A stretch of 62,997 nt of DNA, counting the filler, from Rhabdomonas costata (Eukaryota), in assembly GCA_019059605.1 (NCBI GenBank). It is 45 parts of 45 records of this genome, joined end to end, with 100 filler letters (N's around TTAATTAATTAA, not from the genome) between each part and the next. Parts side by side here need not be neighbours in the genome. Positions count along the whole stretch, not along the records: positions 22,451 to 23,753 come from JAHMHO010020019.1; positions 23,854 to 25,156 come from JAHMHO010020020.1; positions 25,257 to 26,559 come from JAHMHO010020021.1; positions 26,660 to 27,963 come from JAHMHO010020022.1; positions 28,064 to 29,366 come from JAHMHO010020023.1; positions 29,467 to 30,772 come from JAHMHO010020024.1; positions 30,873 to 32,175 come from JAHMHO010020025.1; positions 32,276 to 33,558 come from JAHMHO010020026.1; 37 more parts are not named here. One strand, written 5' to 3'. The notes under the pieces were generated by a model. That model made no database searches, had not been told where the DNA came from, and worked only from the letters and a program-made list of their open reading frames with translations. Positions 23,613 to 35,895 of the stretch are shown one piece after another. Each line of letters begins with the position of its first letter. Position 1 is the stretch's first letter. Both the position numbers and the translations under genes were made by a program.

Positions 23613-26008
23613 CTGAGGCGTCCATCAGCAAAGAAATCTCACTGGAATGGCACACCAACTTCACCACCTCAACACCAGTACTCGACAACCAGACAGAGGA
23701 TTGTGCGATTGCAGGCGCGGCAGTGACACCCACACCCAAACTCACCCAACACANNNNNNNNNNNNNNNNNNNNNNNNNNNNNNNNNNNNNNNNNNNNTTA
23801 ATTAATTAANNNNNNNNNNNNNNNNNNNNNNNNNNNNNNNNNNNNNNNNNNNNGACGATTGTGGCAGAGAGTTCCTGCGAAAGTTTCAGTGGGTCTGGCT
23901 TTCGGAGCTTTTGACGCTGCACTCATAATTCGTAGTGAGAACGATCCCTCGTTGGATCTGAATCTCACATACGAATGCCCTTCACCTCCTGTTACGCCTC
24001 GGGAAGTAAAGTTAAAGCAATATTAGCAGTCTGCCCCGTCTCTCAATGATCTTACATCTTCTTTTTGGTGTGGCTATCTCCAGACGCTATCTTCCTGTAC
24101 CGCGATGAGCATCGGCTCTTGTAAAGTGGTCTTTGTGTGTGGAGGTACCAGGTACCACCCGTGCGATGTTTACCCGGGCGAAAGCAGACGAACCCTGGTA
24201 CCTGGTTGGGCAAAGCGATAATTATGCCACGAAACCTCAAAGGCGAGATGTGAAGACCCTCAAAAGGTCGTTTTATGTCCAAAAAAAAAAGACTAAAATT
24301 CGTGAAGCAGCCCATAAATTCGCGTGCCATGAGAAAAGCATGCCACTATGTGGCCTTTCCAGTGTTTGCAAAGATACTTGCTGCCAACAACCAGGCTGTT
24401 CTAATGCAACCTTTTAGCAGACATTGCACAGCACATTTTTTCCTAGTAAATGCATACGCATCCTTTCATTACATCTCCAAAAGCTCTCAGGTGGCGTGGG
24501 CAGTTAATGTCACGATTCAAATGACCCTGTTTGCTTTTTATACAGCCGACATTCCAAGCATTGCTCCCCAAAATGACAAACGCAAGGGAGCTGGCAAGAC
24601 GAAATCAGAAAAAGCTCAATTGCCCTCTAGATAACCACGCTGTTACTTTGTCGGCAAATCAGGATGCCAAATCAGGATGCGCCTTGGACGACGTTACTGC
24701 AGAATTATGCTCTGAATTTGTATGCCCTCCAGAGCCGCTATTTTGTGGGAAAGTGTTCGCATTTTGGCCCAGCCATATCAAGTACATGGTTCGGAAAGTG
24801 TCGAGGAGGATGTATTTAATAAGCGAATAACTCCAGGATGTCTTGGACCGCGTGGCTCAGCATAGAGGAATGATTCCGGGAATTCAGTGCTCGAATAGCA
24901 CGGGCTTTGATTACGGGCTTTGACTTTGAACGGGTACTACTGGTACCCAGTAGCCCCCCCCCTCAAACACACACACACTACGTTACAACACCCGGGAAAG
25001 CATCCTCCCTTCTTTCGCCAGTTCTGTGCTTTCACCTCAACGCTCCTGAACCTTGGCTAGCACCTATGTGAACTCAGAACTTGATCGCTTGCTGACCTTT
25101 TGGGGCAGTGCTTCTCTCGCGTTGCTCCCTGTTGGGTACAATGAAGGCGAAGGTGANNNNNNNNNNNNNNNNNNNNNNNNNNNNNNNNNNNNNNNNNNNN
25201 TTAATTAATTAANNNNNNNNNNNNNNNNNNNNNNNNNNNNNNNNNNNNNNNNNNNNGGGTTTTGTGGTGCAGCGCGTATACGCCGGGTATAAAAGAGGCT
25301 GCTTCGATTTCGCTCTCGTGCCACTTGTGTGCTTAAAGTAGTTGAAGAAAAGAATGGTGTGTGTGTGGGGGGGGGGGGTGAATTGGCCAAGAGAGTGACG
25401 TCAGGGAGACGGAACATCTGTCCTGCTGTTTGGTTGTGGGCATGGCCACTGATGTCTGTTTGCAATCCGTGTCAAATGAATTTAACCCTACATCCAGGGG
25501 TGGAGAAGTAGACCACCTTATATTTCCCCGCCAGAATATCGCTTTGCAATTAAGGGGATGTCGTTACCCAACTCCCCTGCCAAAAAACAAGTAAATGCTG
25601 TCTCGGGCCTCACGCTGTTGTGTGTCTATCGAACCCATTTCTCTCTCTCTCTGTGTTTTGGGTGTGAGCATCCCTGAGCATCCCAGGCAGAAGAAACGGC
25701 GAAGAGAGGCCTTCAAGCCGTAAATGCAAATGCAGTTGTCTCCCCCCCCCTGATTTTTTTTTGCCTCTGAGCTGCTTTTGTTCGTGATGTTCATTGGGTG
25801 CTGGACATGGACCGTTTTTTTTTCCGAATTCAATATAAGCAGACGGAATGGGTGCTTGCGGTCACTATTGAGTTTCCCAAGGACTTCCAACAGAGAGATG
25901 ATCCACACCCCGAGAAGAGTCCAGCGAAGGAAGTTGAATGCCTATCTGGAGGATCCACAACTGCAGTGTCTCGCGCAGGTAGTGTGACTGCTCATGTGTG
26001 TGGCACAG

Positions 26009-26118
26009 ACCAGAACCGGGCTGTGGGCTCCCACGCGCTGAACCCGGAGTCCTCCCTCGCGCACACCATTTATACAATTATCTACGAGAAGAAGACCATC
26101 CAGACGGCCACCCAGAAG
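26009..26118 (+). CDS. Kinesin motor-domain exon (switch I region)
   Basis: QNRAVGSHALNPESSLAHTIYTI matches R.V..T.MN..SSRSH.IF.I; bounded by CAG and GTGTGA. Confidence 0.75.
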
Positions 26119-26311
26119 GTGTGAACCCCGTTTGCGCTTAAGCTCCAATTGAGCTGTCGCCTAAGTTAGACCCGTTGGGCCCGCCCCCTCCCGCCCGCAC
26201 GCCTGCAGATACTGGTGCTTCCCATCCGAAGGAAAAGTGCAAAGGTGTGGTTCAACGAGATAAGGGATAAAGCCCCTCCCGAGCACAATGAAAGTAGCTG
26301 CGCGACAAAGG

Positions 26312-26419
26312 CCCGGGAGCCGTGGGGTAGGAGGGAGGTTACCACATGTTCACCACTTGGCGGTGAGGCACTGTTTGCTCCGAAAGTATCTCTCGCGAGC
26401 ACTCGTGGCCAACAGCGCG
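26312..26419 (+). repeat. Dispersed repeat family A, copy 2
   Basis: Colinear match to 18015-18141, lacking a ~20-nt insert; followed by (CAAACA)n. Confidence 0.9.
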
Positions 26420-27029
26420 AGCACCCGCCAGTCCAAAGCAGTCACCAACAGTCAGTCAGACAATAGCCAGCGCGCTAAGCGCCCAACACACTCGCTCGCG
26501 TACTCGCCCACTTGCTCACTCACACAACAAACACAAACACAAACACAAACACAGATCGGNNNNNNNNNNNNNNNNNNNNNNNNNNNNNNNNNNNNNNNNN
26601 NNNTTAATTAATTAANNNNNNNNNNNNNNNNNNNNNNNNNNNNNNNNNNNNNNNNNNNNGGGGGGGGGTTGGGAAAAGGCGGTCGTTGGCTGAGCGCTGA
26701 AACATCCGGGTCGGGATACATGCGATCATCGATTTTTTTATTGCATGCTGCGATAGCTCGACTGTCTTGTGTGAGAGGCGCAATTTGAGGAATTAACGGT
26801 TGGATCTGCAAATCGCATGTTCTGCTAAGTCCGCTTCCCTCCGCCCACCCGCCGGCCCTTTCCCATTCCTGCTTTCTGAACGATTTGGCTATTGCCGAGC
26901 TAGTTAGCTCTCACTGTGCGGTTGTATCTCTTTCTTTCTATGCTGCGTACCGGAAAGCAACTATTTGGACGGTTCTGTTGTCCTTTCCTTTGCCCGCACC
27001 GCCCTCTAACTCCAACCGATCAATCATAG

Positions 27030-27437
27030 GTGATGGACAGGCTGTGCCTGTCGCAGTGGTTTGGGCTGCACATGTGCAACATCCTCCGAGAGTGCCCTCC
27101 TGGGGAGCTCAAGCCTCCCCCGCACTTCTCCTCGTGCGAGGAGCTGCTGCGAATGGGGGTGGCGCTGGACTACATGCCGAAGACGTGGTGTGCCCTGCAC
27201 TTCATCGCGGCACTGGGCAATCTTTCCAAGGAGTTCCTTTTCAACCTGAAGACTCGGATCAAGGAGGTTGCGGAGACTTCACTGACACGCTCTGTTTGCT
27301 GCCTTCATTTGCATCGTTTTGTTTCCGGGCTGAGAAGGAGCTGTGATGACGTGGAGGTGGGGATTGGGGTAGGAGACTTCATTCCTTTACATAGTGGAGG
27401 TCATGGCAGCCCCATGGAGCACGCTGTTCCCCTCGTT

Positions 27438-27474
<37 letters not shown>

Positions 27475-27715
27475 GACTGCGGTGAGTAGGTGACCGCCGC
27501 TGACTTTTTCTCTGCGGATGGAATGGAAGCGTGGTTTCGGCTCCCAACCTCAGGACGGAACCAACCTGGAGGTGCTCACGCAGTATTATGCGATGTTTGG
27601 GAAGGTCGAGGTTGTTAAGGACTCCACCCCGCTGGACGTGGCCGTGCTGTACAACAACCTCCCTATGGTTGAACTCCTGCTCAGCGCAGGGGCCGACCCA
27701 CACTTGGAATCGGAG
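27030..27715 (+). CDS. Ankyrin-repeat protein, two exons
   Basis: Exons 27030-27266 (WCALHFIAALG) and 27554-27715 (STPLDVAVLYNNLPMVELLLSAGADP); GT-AG, phase 0. Confidence 0.8.
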
Positions 27716-28063
27716 GTGAACCAGACGTTCTTCGCTGAACATCCAGACCCCCTGACGCTCAGGCATTTGTCTTGCATCTCCCTTCGGGACAAATAGGAGC
27801 AGTGCGAGAGATAGGGCAGCTTTAAGCGAGGGGAAACATATTGTGGCTGTATCGATAAACGTCCTCTGCGCGTGTTCGCGACGCTCTCCAGACTTCCAAA
27901 AACAGCCGCCAGATGAAAACTCAACAGCCATAGGTGCAAGCACTGCACCTCCTACCCACCCCCNNNNNNNNNNNNNNNNNNNNNNNNNNNNNNNNNNNNN
28001 NNNNNNNTTAATTAATTAANNNNNNNNNNNNNNNNNNNNNNNNNNNNNNNNNNNNNNNNNNNN

Positions 28064-29325
28064 TGTGGGGGTTGCCCCTCACTTGTATTTCTGGGAACAT
28101 GAGGGAAAGCAGGAGCCATCACCTGTCGGGCTTTCCAGGGTCAATGAACAGGAGGCGGCCATGGTGTGTAGTCTTGCGTGCTACCTTGTTGAGTGCGCCG
28201 TTCCACGTCGGTAGATTGCCATTCTGACGCCATATAAAGGGCATCTGATGCTGATTCGTAAAAATCTTTTGAAGGAAAAGCCATGGAGTGAGAAAAGACT
28301 TCTATCTTTCGGTCACTCGAATCCTGATGAGTGCTTTGTTTCCATCGTGGACCGTTTTCAAGGCGATGAGGCGGATGTCGTCATCATCTCTCTCGTTGTA
28401 GACAACGGCTCAGCCACACCCTTTGTGAAACTAGTTAATCGAGTGGTTGTTCTCTTGAGCCGGGACCGCCTGGGAATGTACATTCTCGGCAACACGAGCT
28501 ATTTTGCAAGCTCACATGACAACTTGGGCCATTGGTTGCAGATCTTTGATATGCTGAAAAAACCCACCTGCTCTGACTCACAAGAAAAGGAAGTTCCTTC
28601 CTACACGGGGCCTCGGCTTGGCAGACGCCTACCGCTGCGGTGTCAGGAGCACCCGAACTCAGTTTATTTCGCCTCGAACGAGAATGAAGTCCGGACGGGA
28701 TTCTGCGACGTGATCTGCAGTCACATCCTCCCGTGTTTCCACCCTTGCGGGCGCCGCTGTCACTGGCCATCGACTACACACAATACCAAATGTCAAGAGA
28801 AAATTCTTTCCGCATGCGCAGAGCATCCACCAGAATGCTTGAAATTGTTTGAGAACGCCAAGCTAACCTCATCTGAGGCTTCTCTACAGAAGGCCGTTCC
28901 CATCTTTTGGTGCGACGTCCCGGTTTCTGTTAAACTTCCGAGCTGCTCGCACCAAATACAGTGTCATGTCATGAGGCGAAGGCATTCAAACAAAACAAAA
29001 AGCCTTACCACGAATGCCGAGAGCCAGCTCCGGACCTTTACCGTCGAGCAACGTGCAATCATCCTCTGCAATGCAGTTGCACAGAGTACAGGAAATACCA
29101 ACACACTCCAGCCGCAGTCCCGCGTTGTGTGGAAAACGTGGCTTTCAAGAACCCAGAGTGTGGGCTCCAGTGTACCCTGCCCTGTTTTCTTCGCGCAGAG
29201 CTGGAAGAGATGGCCGATAAGACTGCTGTGACTGATGTGGAAGAGTCCATTCTTCCACTTCCCTTCATCAGCGTCCCCCAGATGAATTGCTGCCCCTTTC
29301 CACCTCAGTCTTGTATCACCGGAAG
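28064..29325 (+). pseudogene. ZNFX1-like SF1 (UPF1-type) helicase C-terminus plus NF-X1-type zinc fingers, disrupted
   Basis: NEQEA...YLV...IAILTPY, VDRFQGDEADVVIISLV, NRVVVLLSR, GMYILGN, then CxxxCxxxLPCxHxCxxxCH. In-frame TAG at 28212-28214 and a frameshift near 28960. Confidence 0.85.
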
Positions 29326-30121
29326 TGTGGCCACACCGAACATCTAAAATGTTCGGTGTGGCCACANNNNNNNNNNNNNNNNNNNNNNNNNNNNNNNNNN
29401 NNNNNNNNNNTTAATTAATTAANNNNNNNNNNNNNNNNNNNNNNNNNNNNNNNNNNNNNNNNNNNNTGTTTCTTGCGGCTTCTTCCCGGAGTGCATGGGG
29501 GAGCATGTTGTATACTTGGGTGGGTGGGGGGTGCACATCATATACAAGCGCCAGAAAATTATACTCTGCAGACAGATACACAGCTGTCAGACAGAAGAAC
29601 AGTGAAGAACAGTGTGCATGAAACGGCCCCTTCACTTTTTATCAGGTCATTGCAAAACTGTACGTCCGCTTGTGCAACACACACAGGAACTGCATCAAGG
29701 TACCTTTGACTGATCTGATGGCGATCCCAAGGGAAGCCAATATAAACCACATTTGAAACACTTGGAATCAACCATAGGAGAAAAGTGCGAGCGCGTCCAA
29801 TGGAACCAATACCCTGCACTTTCCCAATGGAATATCGAAGAAAATTTCCGGATTTCAAAACAACACAGTAGAAAAACAATAACAGCTCTCAGAGAAAAGA
29901 AGTGGACGAAGGGTGGCCCATTTCCCGCAAGTGATCAGCTACAATGATCCCAAACGCTCCTGACACCAATGATGTGATAGGAGCTGCCATTCACCCACCG
30001 TCATGCCTTCACTCGCTTTCCCCGAAATCCTCTGAACCTGCCCTGGGTGGGCGTAAAACTCCTTTCCGGTCAGCATGTCCACCAAAGTAAACCCCTCAAT
30101 TGAGAAAGCTGTACCCAAAAA

Positions 30122-30769
30122 TCAAAGAAATTCGAAGACGCAAAAGAGCAGCTCTTTAGGGAGGCACTCAGCTTTTGAAACAGCCAAAAGGACTGCTCGA
30201 ATCACGTGACGAGTGCTCACGGGCATGTACGCGAAGAGGTGGGGGTTGAACTGCAATGAAAAGGCCCGAACAACATCCGGATTCGATGTCAGATCGAGAA
30301 CTGAAGTTTTCTTTCCTTCCTGAATAAGCGCTTCTTCTCCCTCGGCAAGGAGCCTGCCTCCTCGTATGAAGGGGATATCCGTTCTCGCACCCCAACAACG
30401 GAGAACGTATACTAACCGCGCCTTTTCAGAGCGCATTGCAAGGTGAAGGGGTGTCTCCATCACGGGTATGCACCGTACCTCAGCTTCGTAACCTTCCTCG
30501 CGTGGATCATCAATTTCAGCAGTCTCAGGTGATTTTTCAACTTTCTCGTGCTCATAGTGGTGGGCTCGAGAATTTACGTCCGCTCCCCTCGAAAGAAGCA
30601 ATACAGCAGCTCTTATAACTGCAACTTCGTCACCCTCCTTGCGGTTGCAGACCATGTGGAGAGCCGAATATGCCGAATGCTTGATTGTAGCCACGTTCGT
30701 TCTGAGCTGTTGAAGTTTCCCTGGAATTGGGATCAGCTCCGGCGGAGAGTAAAGCAGCCAGACACCCAA
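30122..30769 (-). CDS. Ankyrin-repeat protein with C-terminal F-box-like motif (terminal exon)
   Basis: YSALHMVC, LLLSRGADVN, ETPLHLAM; ends LPKELLFCVFEFL-stop. Confidence 0.8.
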   Translation of the reverse strand: MGVWLLYSPPELIPIPGKLQQLRTNVATIKHSAYSALHMVCNRKEGDEVAVIRAAVLLLSRGADVNSRAHHYEHEKVEKSPETAEIDDPREEGYEAEVRCIPVMETPLHLAMRSEKARLVYVLRCWGARTDIPFIRGGRLLAEGEEALIQEGKKTSVLDLTSNPDVVRAFSLQFNPHLFAYMPVSTRHVIRAVLLAVSKAECLPKELLFCVFEFL

Positions 30770-31222
30770 CCCNNNNNNNNNNNNNNNNNNNNNNNNNNNN
30801 NNNNNNNNNNNNNNNNTTAATTAATTAANNNNNNNNNNNNNNNNNNNNNNNNNNNNNNNNNNNNNNNNNNNNGGTTTTTTTTTTTCACAAAAATGCCCGT
30901 GCACTCGCGCACTTTTTGAGCGTTTGACGTTTTGAAGGGGCACTGAAGTCCCTTGCCGTTAAGCGTCAGCTTGCGGTACTGTGTGTGTTTCGTGCAATTG
31001 GACATGGACAACTCTTTGGGTTTCTTCTGTTTAGCAGCTGTTATTGGGTCGCCTTTTGTTGTGTCGAGCTCCTTGTGTGTGTGTGTGTGTGTGTGGAAAG
31101 CGCTTAGCTCAGGTCACGGTGGCGCTCACAACACCAACACGCACACAATACACCAATTTTTTTGAAGTGCTGTGAGCGAGTTTCCGTCCCCCGTCTCCCC
31201 ACGCGCTCTCCCGCTACCTCAG

Positions 31223-31996
31223 GGACGTGCCACTCACCCCGGGCGGAGAAAGACCTTCTGGCGGAGTTCTCCGCCACTGCGGAGCGCGCAGTGCGGCACA
31301 TGCTGCGGGCGCAGCCCAGCGAAGGGATGCGTGGGGTTCCCCTGGACCCTGTGCCCCTGTGGCAGACAGGAGGCGCCAAGGCCAGCGAGGACCAGGTGGG
31401 ACCTTTCACATGCCTCTCTGTGGTGGTCTCTACCTTGCCCACGCTTTTGGTAGCTGCCCAGACCTGCCCCTAAAAAGCAACACCCGCGTTGTTGAGATCG
31501 GGATCCATCACAACCTGAATATCTGTGCCTGTTACCCACATCTACGTTGCGTAAGACTTAACTCCACCCTTCCATCCTTTCTCCTTTACCCCTTACGCTT
31601 GTTTGGACTGCATTCCAAAGCAGTGCTCGCTCGCTCCTTTGCTTCGTCTCGTCGCATGCCTTTCCGAGTGTGTTTGTTCTTAGATGGACCTGTCTCGCCA
31701 TACATCTGACGCAGCCCGTTTTCTGCGTCTTGACCATGTCAAGTCGAAGGAAGTGTGCCGCGGGCCTTCCGAAGATCGAGACGCCTCTTTGCCGCCTTCT
31801 GCGGCGGTGCAGTGAGTTCGGCGTGCGGGGAGCTGAAGTGTGTCCGCCCCAAGTCCATCCTGTTCCATGTGCTCAGGTGCAGGTCGCGCACATCTGGCAG
31901 GAGGTCCGGCGGCTGATGTGGAACCTTGTGGGCATCGCCCGCACCTCCGAGAGACTGTTGATGGCCAAGCACAGGATCGAGATCATCCAGGAGGAG
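31223..31996 (+). CDS. nadB: L-aspartate oxidase C-terminal region, two exons
   Basis: Exons 31223-31395 (...PVPLWQTGGAKASEDQ) and 31877-31996 (VQVAHIWQEVRRLMWNLVGIARTSERLLMAKHRIEIIQEE) match the NadB pattern 'V.I.HNW.ELRR.MW.YVGIVRT..RL.RA..RI..LQ.E'. Confidence 0.8.
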
Positions 31997-32275
31997 GTCG
32001 ACACCCCTCCTCCTTTATCTTCCAGCAGCTTCTGGGTTGATCCCCTGAATCCATAAAGAGGGCATACCTATATGCCCCTCGTGGGCTCTCGTCGAAGCCT
32101 CAGTTCGAATCAGGCACATTGTTAGGGGATGTTATTTTTAGGACACGTGGGCTAGGTTAAGTGTGACAAACCCACNNNNNNNNNNNNNNNNNNNNNNNNN
32201 NNNNNNNNNNNNNNNNNNNTTAATTAATTAANNNNNNNNNNNNNNNNNNNNNNNNNNNNNNNNNNNNNNNNNNNN

Positions 32276-32407
32276 CCGCGCAGCGCGGGCGGCCCACCGC
32301 GCGGGTAGTGCTGGACGACGGGAGTGTGGTAGATGTGGACCTGGTGAAGCTGCAGCACGTGGGTTTGCACTCTCAGCAAGTTCCGTGTCCGATCCGCTTC
32401 GTGCCTG
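32276..32407 (+). CDS. Possible WWE-domain exon
   Basis: VVDVDLVKLQHVGLHSQQVPCPIRFVP resembles the WWE C-terminal 'IDL..M.Q......RPVRR'; GT donor at 32408. Confidence 0.35.
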
Positions 32408-33860
32408 GTACGAGAGTTTGGGTAGTGCTCTCTCTGAATCTCCCGACGCCCCTTTGCTAAGGCAACCAAGAAAAGGGATACGGAAGCAGCCGCAGCTGTG
32501 AAAGAGCGTTTTGCTCTTCCTGGGCTGGGACCTCGGAACGCCGAACTCTTGCAATAAATACCCCGCTTCAGCTTCGCCCCTGTCTATACGTTGCTTGAGT
32601 TATTTTGCCTCAAGTTTTTCCAATTGCTATCACCGGAGTCGAACCTCGCCCGTGCGGTGCGGTGCGGGACGAGTTTTAGAAGAGCTCTCCAAACTTGCAT
32701 TGGGTACGTGGTGTGGTTTTTTATGCTGTCAACCTTTCAGGGGCGCCTGCCTCTCCTGCTCCGCGCCGGGTACCCGGCGCTTGTGCTCTGAACAGTCCAC
32801 TGCACTCCCCACGACAGCTGGAACAGTGCCGGTCGATGTCTCCGGGGCGGTTCTCACCGAGATGTCAAAGCCCTGTGGTTCGACCCCCTCCCCCCTGCCC
32901 CTTCTTCTTCCATTGCTGGTGCTCCTTTCGCTGTGATGCTGTTCGGTACAAAGGAGGTTGCATGCAGCAAAAACACAACAGGGGGGAGGAAGGTTGTTGC
33001 GAGCCGAAAAGATGGAGATGGGAAGCACAACTTTTTGTCCTTCTCCGTTGCGTGAAGGTTTGGTGAAATTAGTGCAAATGTTGTTGTTGGTTTTCAGTTA
33101 GCGGACAAATAGCGTGAGTAACGCTGCTTTTAGCGAGGGCGAAAATCATCTATAAAAACGACCGACACCTTGAGAATGTCTCAATGTCATTTCGATTCGA
33201 GAACAAACGACCGGCATCATAAAAGTCACAATACAACTAGGCGCGAAGTTCTATTGCTAGAGTTGATTTCTCTTGTTCTTTGTGGAGCTTTTGGTGCTTT
33301 CTAGTGCTGTATAGAAAAATGCATTGATTATACCGGAAGAGGCGCAAGAGAAGCAAGCCGAAGCGCCCTTAAATGAGAAGAATACTGCGGAACACGAAAT
33401 AGGATGTCATACGACAATATGGACATAAACGCAAGCAACTTTCCATTTGTATCAGCAAATTAGACATCACCCCACCTTAATTGTGGTCGACACATCCACT
33501 CTGAAAAAAGGTAGTTTCAATTAGTATCCTCACTCTACATGCAGGTCACAACCCACCCNNNNNNNNNNNNNNNNNNNNNNNNNNNNNNNNNNNNNNNNNN
33601 NNTTAATTAATTAANNNNNNNNNNNNNNNNNNNNNNNNNNNNNNNNNNNNNNNNNNNNTGTGTGGGGGCATACCCCATCCCCTTCCCGATGTTAGCATGG
33701 CTGTAGCCCAGCGGAGTTTACCTTTCTACTTGGGAGAAGCAAACTCAGCTGGGGCAGGATGCACGAATCCGCCAAACCGGCGCGAAAAGTAATGAAGGAT
33801 TGGCACTGCGTTACTTTAACAATAATTTTTTTAGCGCCAGATCCCACCTCATCGTCTTAC

Positions 33861-34514
33861 CTGGCGACTGGTTCCTTGAAGCGCCGCGAATGCACAATCT
33901 TGTCCAGAAGCTCGCCTCCGGTGACCTGAGTGACAAAAATAAATTGCTGGTGTATTGCAAGGGTACCTGAAGTCACACGGAGCTTACCCACTCCCAGACC
34001 ACCATCCCATCAATACATCAGCCTTTGTATCGGGAACAATGGGCCTGATTCAGAACGAGCAGGCCAGGATGCAGGATTTTAAAGGGTCAAAAGGCACTCC
34101 TGGCCCTGAGAGTTTTCTATATCTCCAAGTTGAGAAGAAGCCTGAGGCCTAGAAGCCGCCAATCAACTCATCTTAAAAGGACTACCATCCCACAGATATG
34201 GGCCCAACCCGCCACTCTCCGCTCCATGTTGGGTCTCGTCTTCTGGCTCTAGTCAAGTCCGCTATGGTCCGGAAGTGACCCTACCCTACGGCAGTATTAA
34301 GAAAACCACAAGCCCGTTTCATTTTTCTGACTGAGAGGTCAATTTCAGTCAGTTCTGCGTTCTTGGGAAAACCATAACCATCACCCCAAGAATCGCGAGC
34401 TAGCCTTTCTGCACTCACACTCAAAGACAGCATGGACAAAGCAAAGTCCCAGCAAACCAGCTCGAGGACGAGATAGACCGTCTTGGTAGTTTGGTAAACG
34501 TCAAACAGCCGCAC
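33861..34514 (-). CDS. CAMK-group (SnRK/CIPK-like) protein kinase, two exons
   Basis: Exons 34514-34458 (VRLFDVYQTTKTVYLVLEL) and 33925-33861 (VTGGELLDKIVHSRRFKEPVAR). Confidence 0.92.
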
Positions 34515-35895
34515 CTAGGAAATATGTAGCACATCGATATGTTTGCTTTCATGCAAAAAAAACGCGCGCTTACCTGCTGTTGGGAGCTGAAGTTAAGAGA
34601 CAGGTTTTCTTTTGCTTTCACACCACCCAGGAAAAAGCGGAAAAACAGCAAAGCAAAGCACTTGCACTCAGCAATGAGAAAAGAGCGCGAAGGGAAGCAA
34701 ATGAAGAGTGAGTAGAAACCTATCTACCCGGGGATTCAACACAGTACCAGAGCTTACCGCATATGAGACCGCATAAGACCACAGTGAGATATTTACCCTC
34801 CCAGTTGCTTGAAGACGTTGCCAATTGAACCCCCAGTGGCACAGTGTTCACTGACGGACTCTCACATGCCCAAGATCACCAATCCACTTTAGAGGAAAAA
34901 ATAGAAATGGCTCACCGTGGTTTCAGCAAAGCTGCCCACCCCCCCCCAAACACACCAACACNNNNNNNNNNNNNNNNNNNNNNNNNNNNNNNNNNNNNNN
35001 NNNNNTTAATTAATTAANNNNNNNNNNNNNNNNNNNNNNNNNNNNNNNNNNNNNNNNNNNNGGTGTTGGGTAAAGCGGGTGACGAGCGAAGCCGAGAGAA
35101 CAAGTACAAGTAGAGTGCTTCGCCAAAGAAGCCAAGACTGCACGCCGGCGAAAGAGCGGACTGCAAGCCAAGGCTTGAGTTCAGTAAAATCACCGCGATG
35201 TGCTAGGGTGGTCACGCTGTCCCAGTTTTTGCCAAGGATGGGACAGGTCCGGACAAAGCTGTGGGATGCGGAGGTTTTCGCCGAGGCAGCGCAAAAAATA
35301 AGAACAAACAAAACTACAACAAAGGTCGTGCTCAGTTCACGCGAAAAGGTGCAGCAAAGCGCGAAGCAAAGTGCCTGTCCAAGTCTCAGAAAATGTGTGC
35401 AGGAGGGCGTTTCGCGGGACGGAGGTATTGCAGCGTCACAAACAAACGCTACGGTTCTCAATCCTCTGTATCTGGCTCCAGCCCTGAAGAGAGCAAGGGA
35501 AGCCTTCAGAAGAGAACGAAACCTTGGTCAAACTCGTCGCCGTTTGTGGTTTGTGGGAAGTACGGGGAAGTGGAAGGGGGAACGGGGGAAGGGAGGCACC
35601 AGAGGACAGCGTCCTTCCAGGTACAAAAAAAATCCCTCTCCTAAACAACTCTCATCAACTAGGCAGGCAAAAGAAAATGGGAAAACAAACCCACCAGTGC
35701 ATCGTGCCGCCTCTCCACTAACGGCTTAGTGCATCGGAGGAGGGCGCGCTACAGTGCAGATTCTGTCCGAAGTACGAAGTAGATACAAACATGCATGAAA
35801 TGGCAAAGACAACAGCTGGAGAGGAAACCACATCTCCATTCCAATCGCTCACATACGGGTGGAGCCCACATTTCTGAGGAGGCTGTATATCCAGC

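Noticed and set aside
24149-24206. 11-bp inverted repeat around GGTACC, and other GGTACC/GGCCC-rich patches (8430-8500, 24931-24960)
   Set aside because: Too short, with no colinear homology between the sites and no TSD; cannot support an element.
28212-28214. In-frame TAG as evidence of stop-codon reassignment
   Set aside because: The same gene also has a frameshift and degenerate motifs, and no other rebuilt exon contains an in-frame stop.
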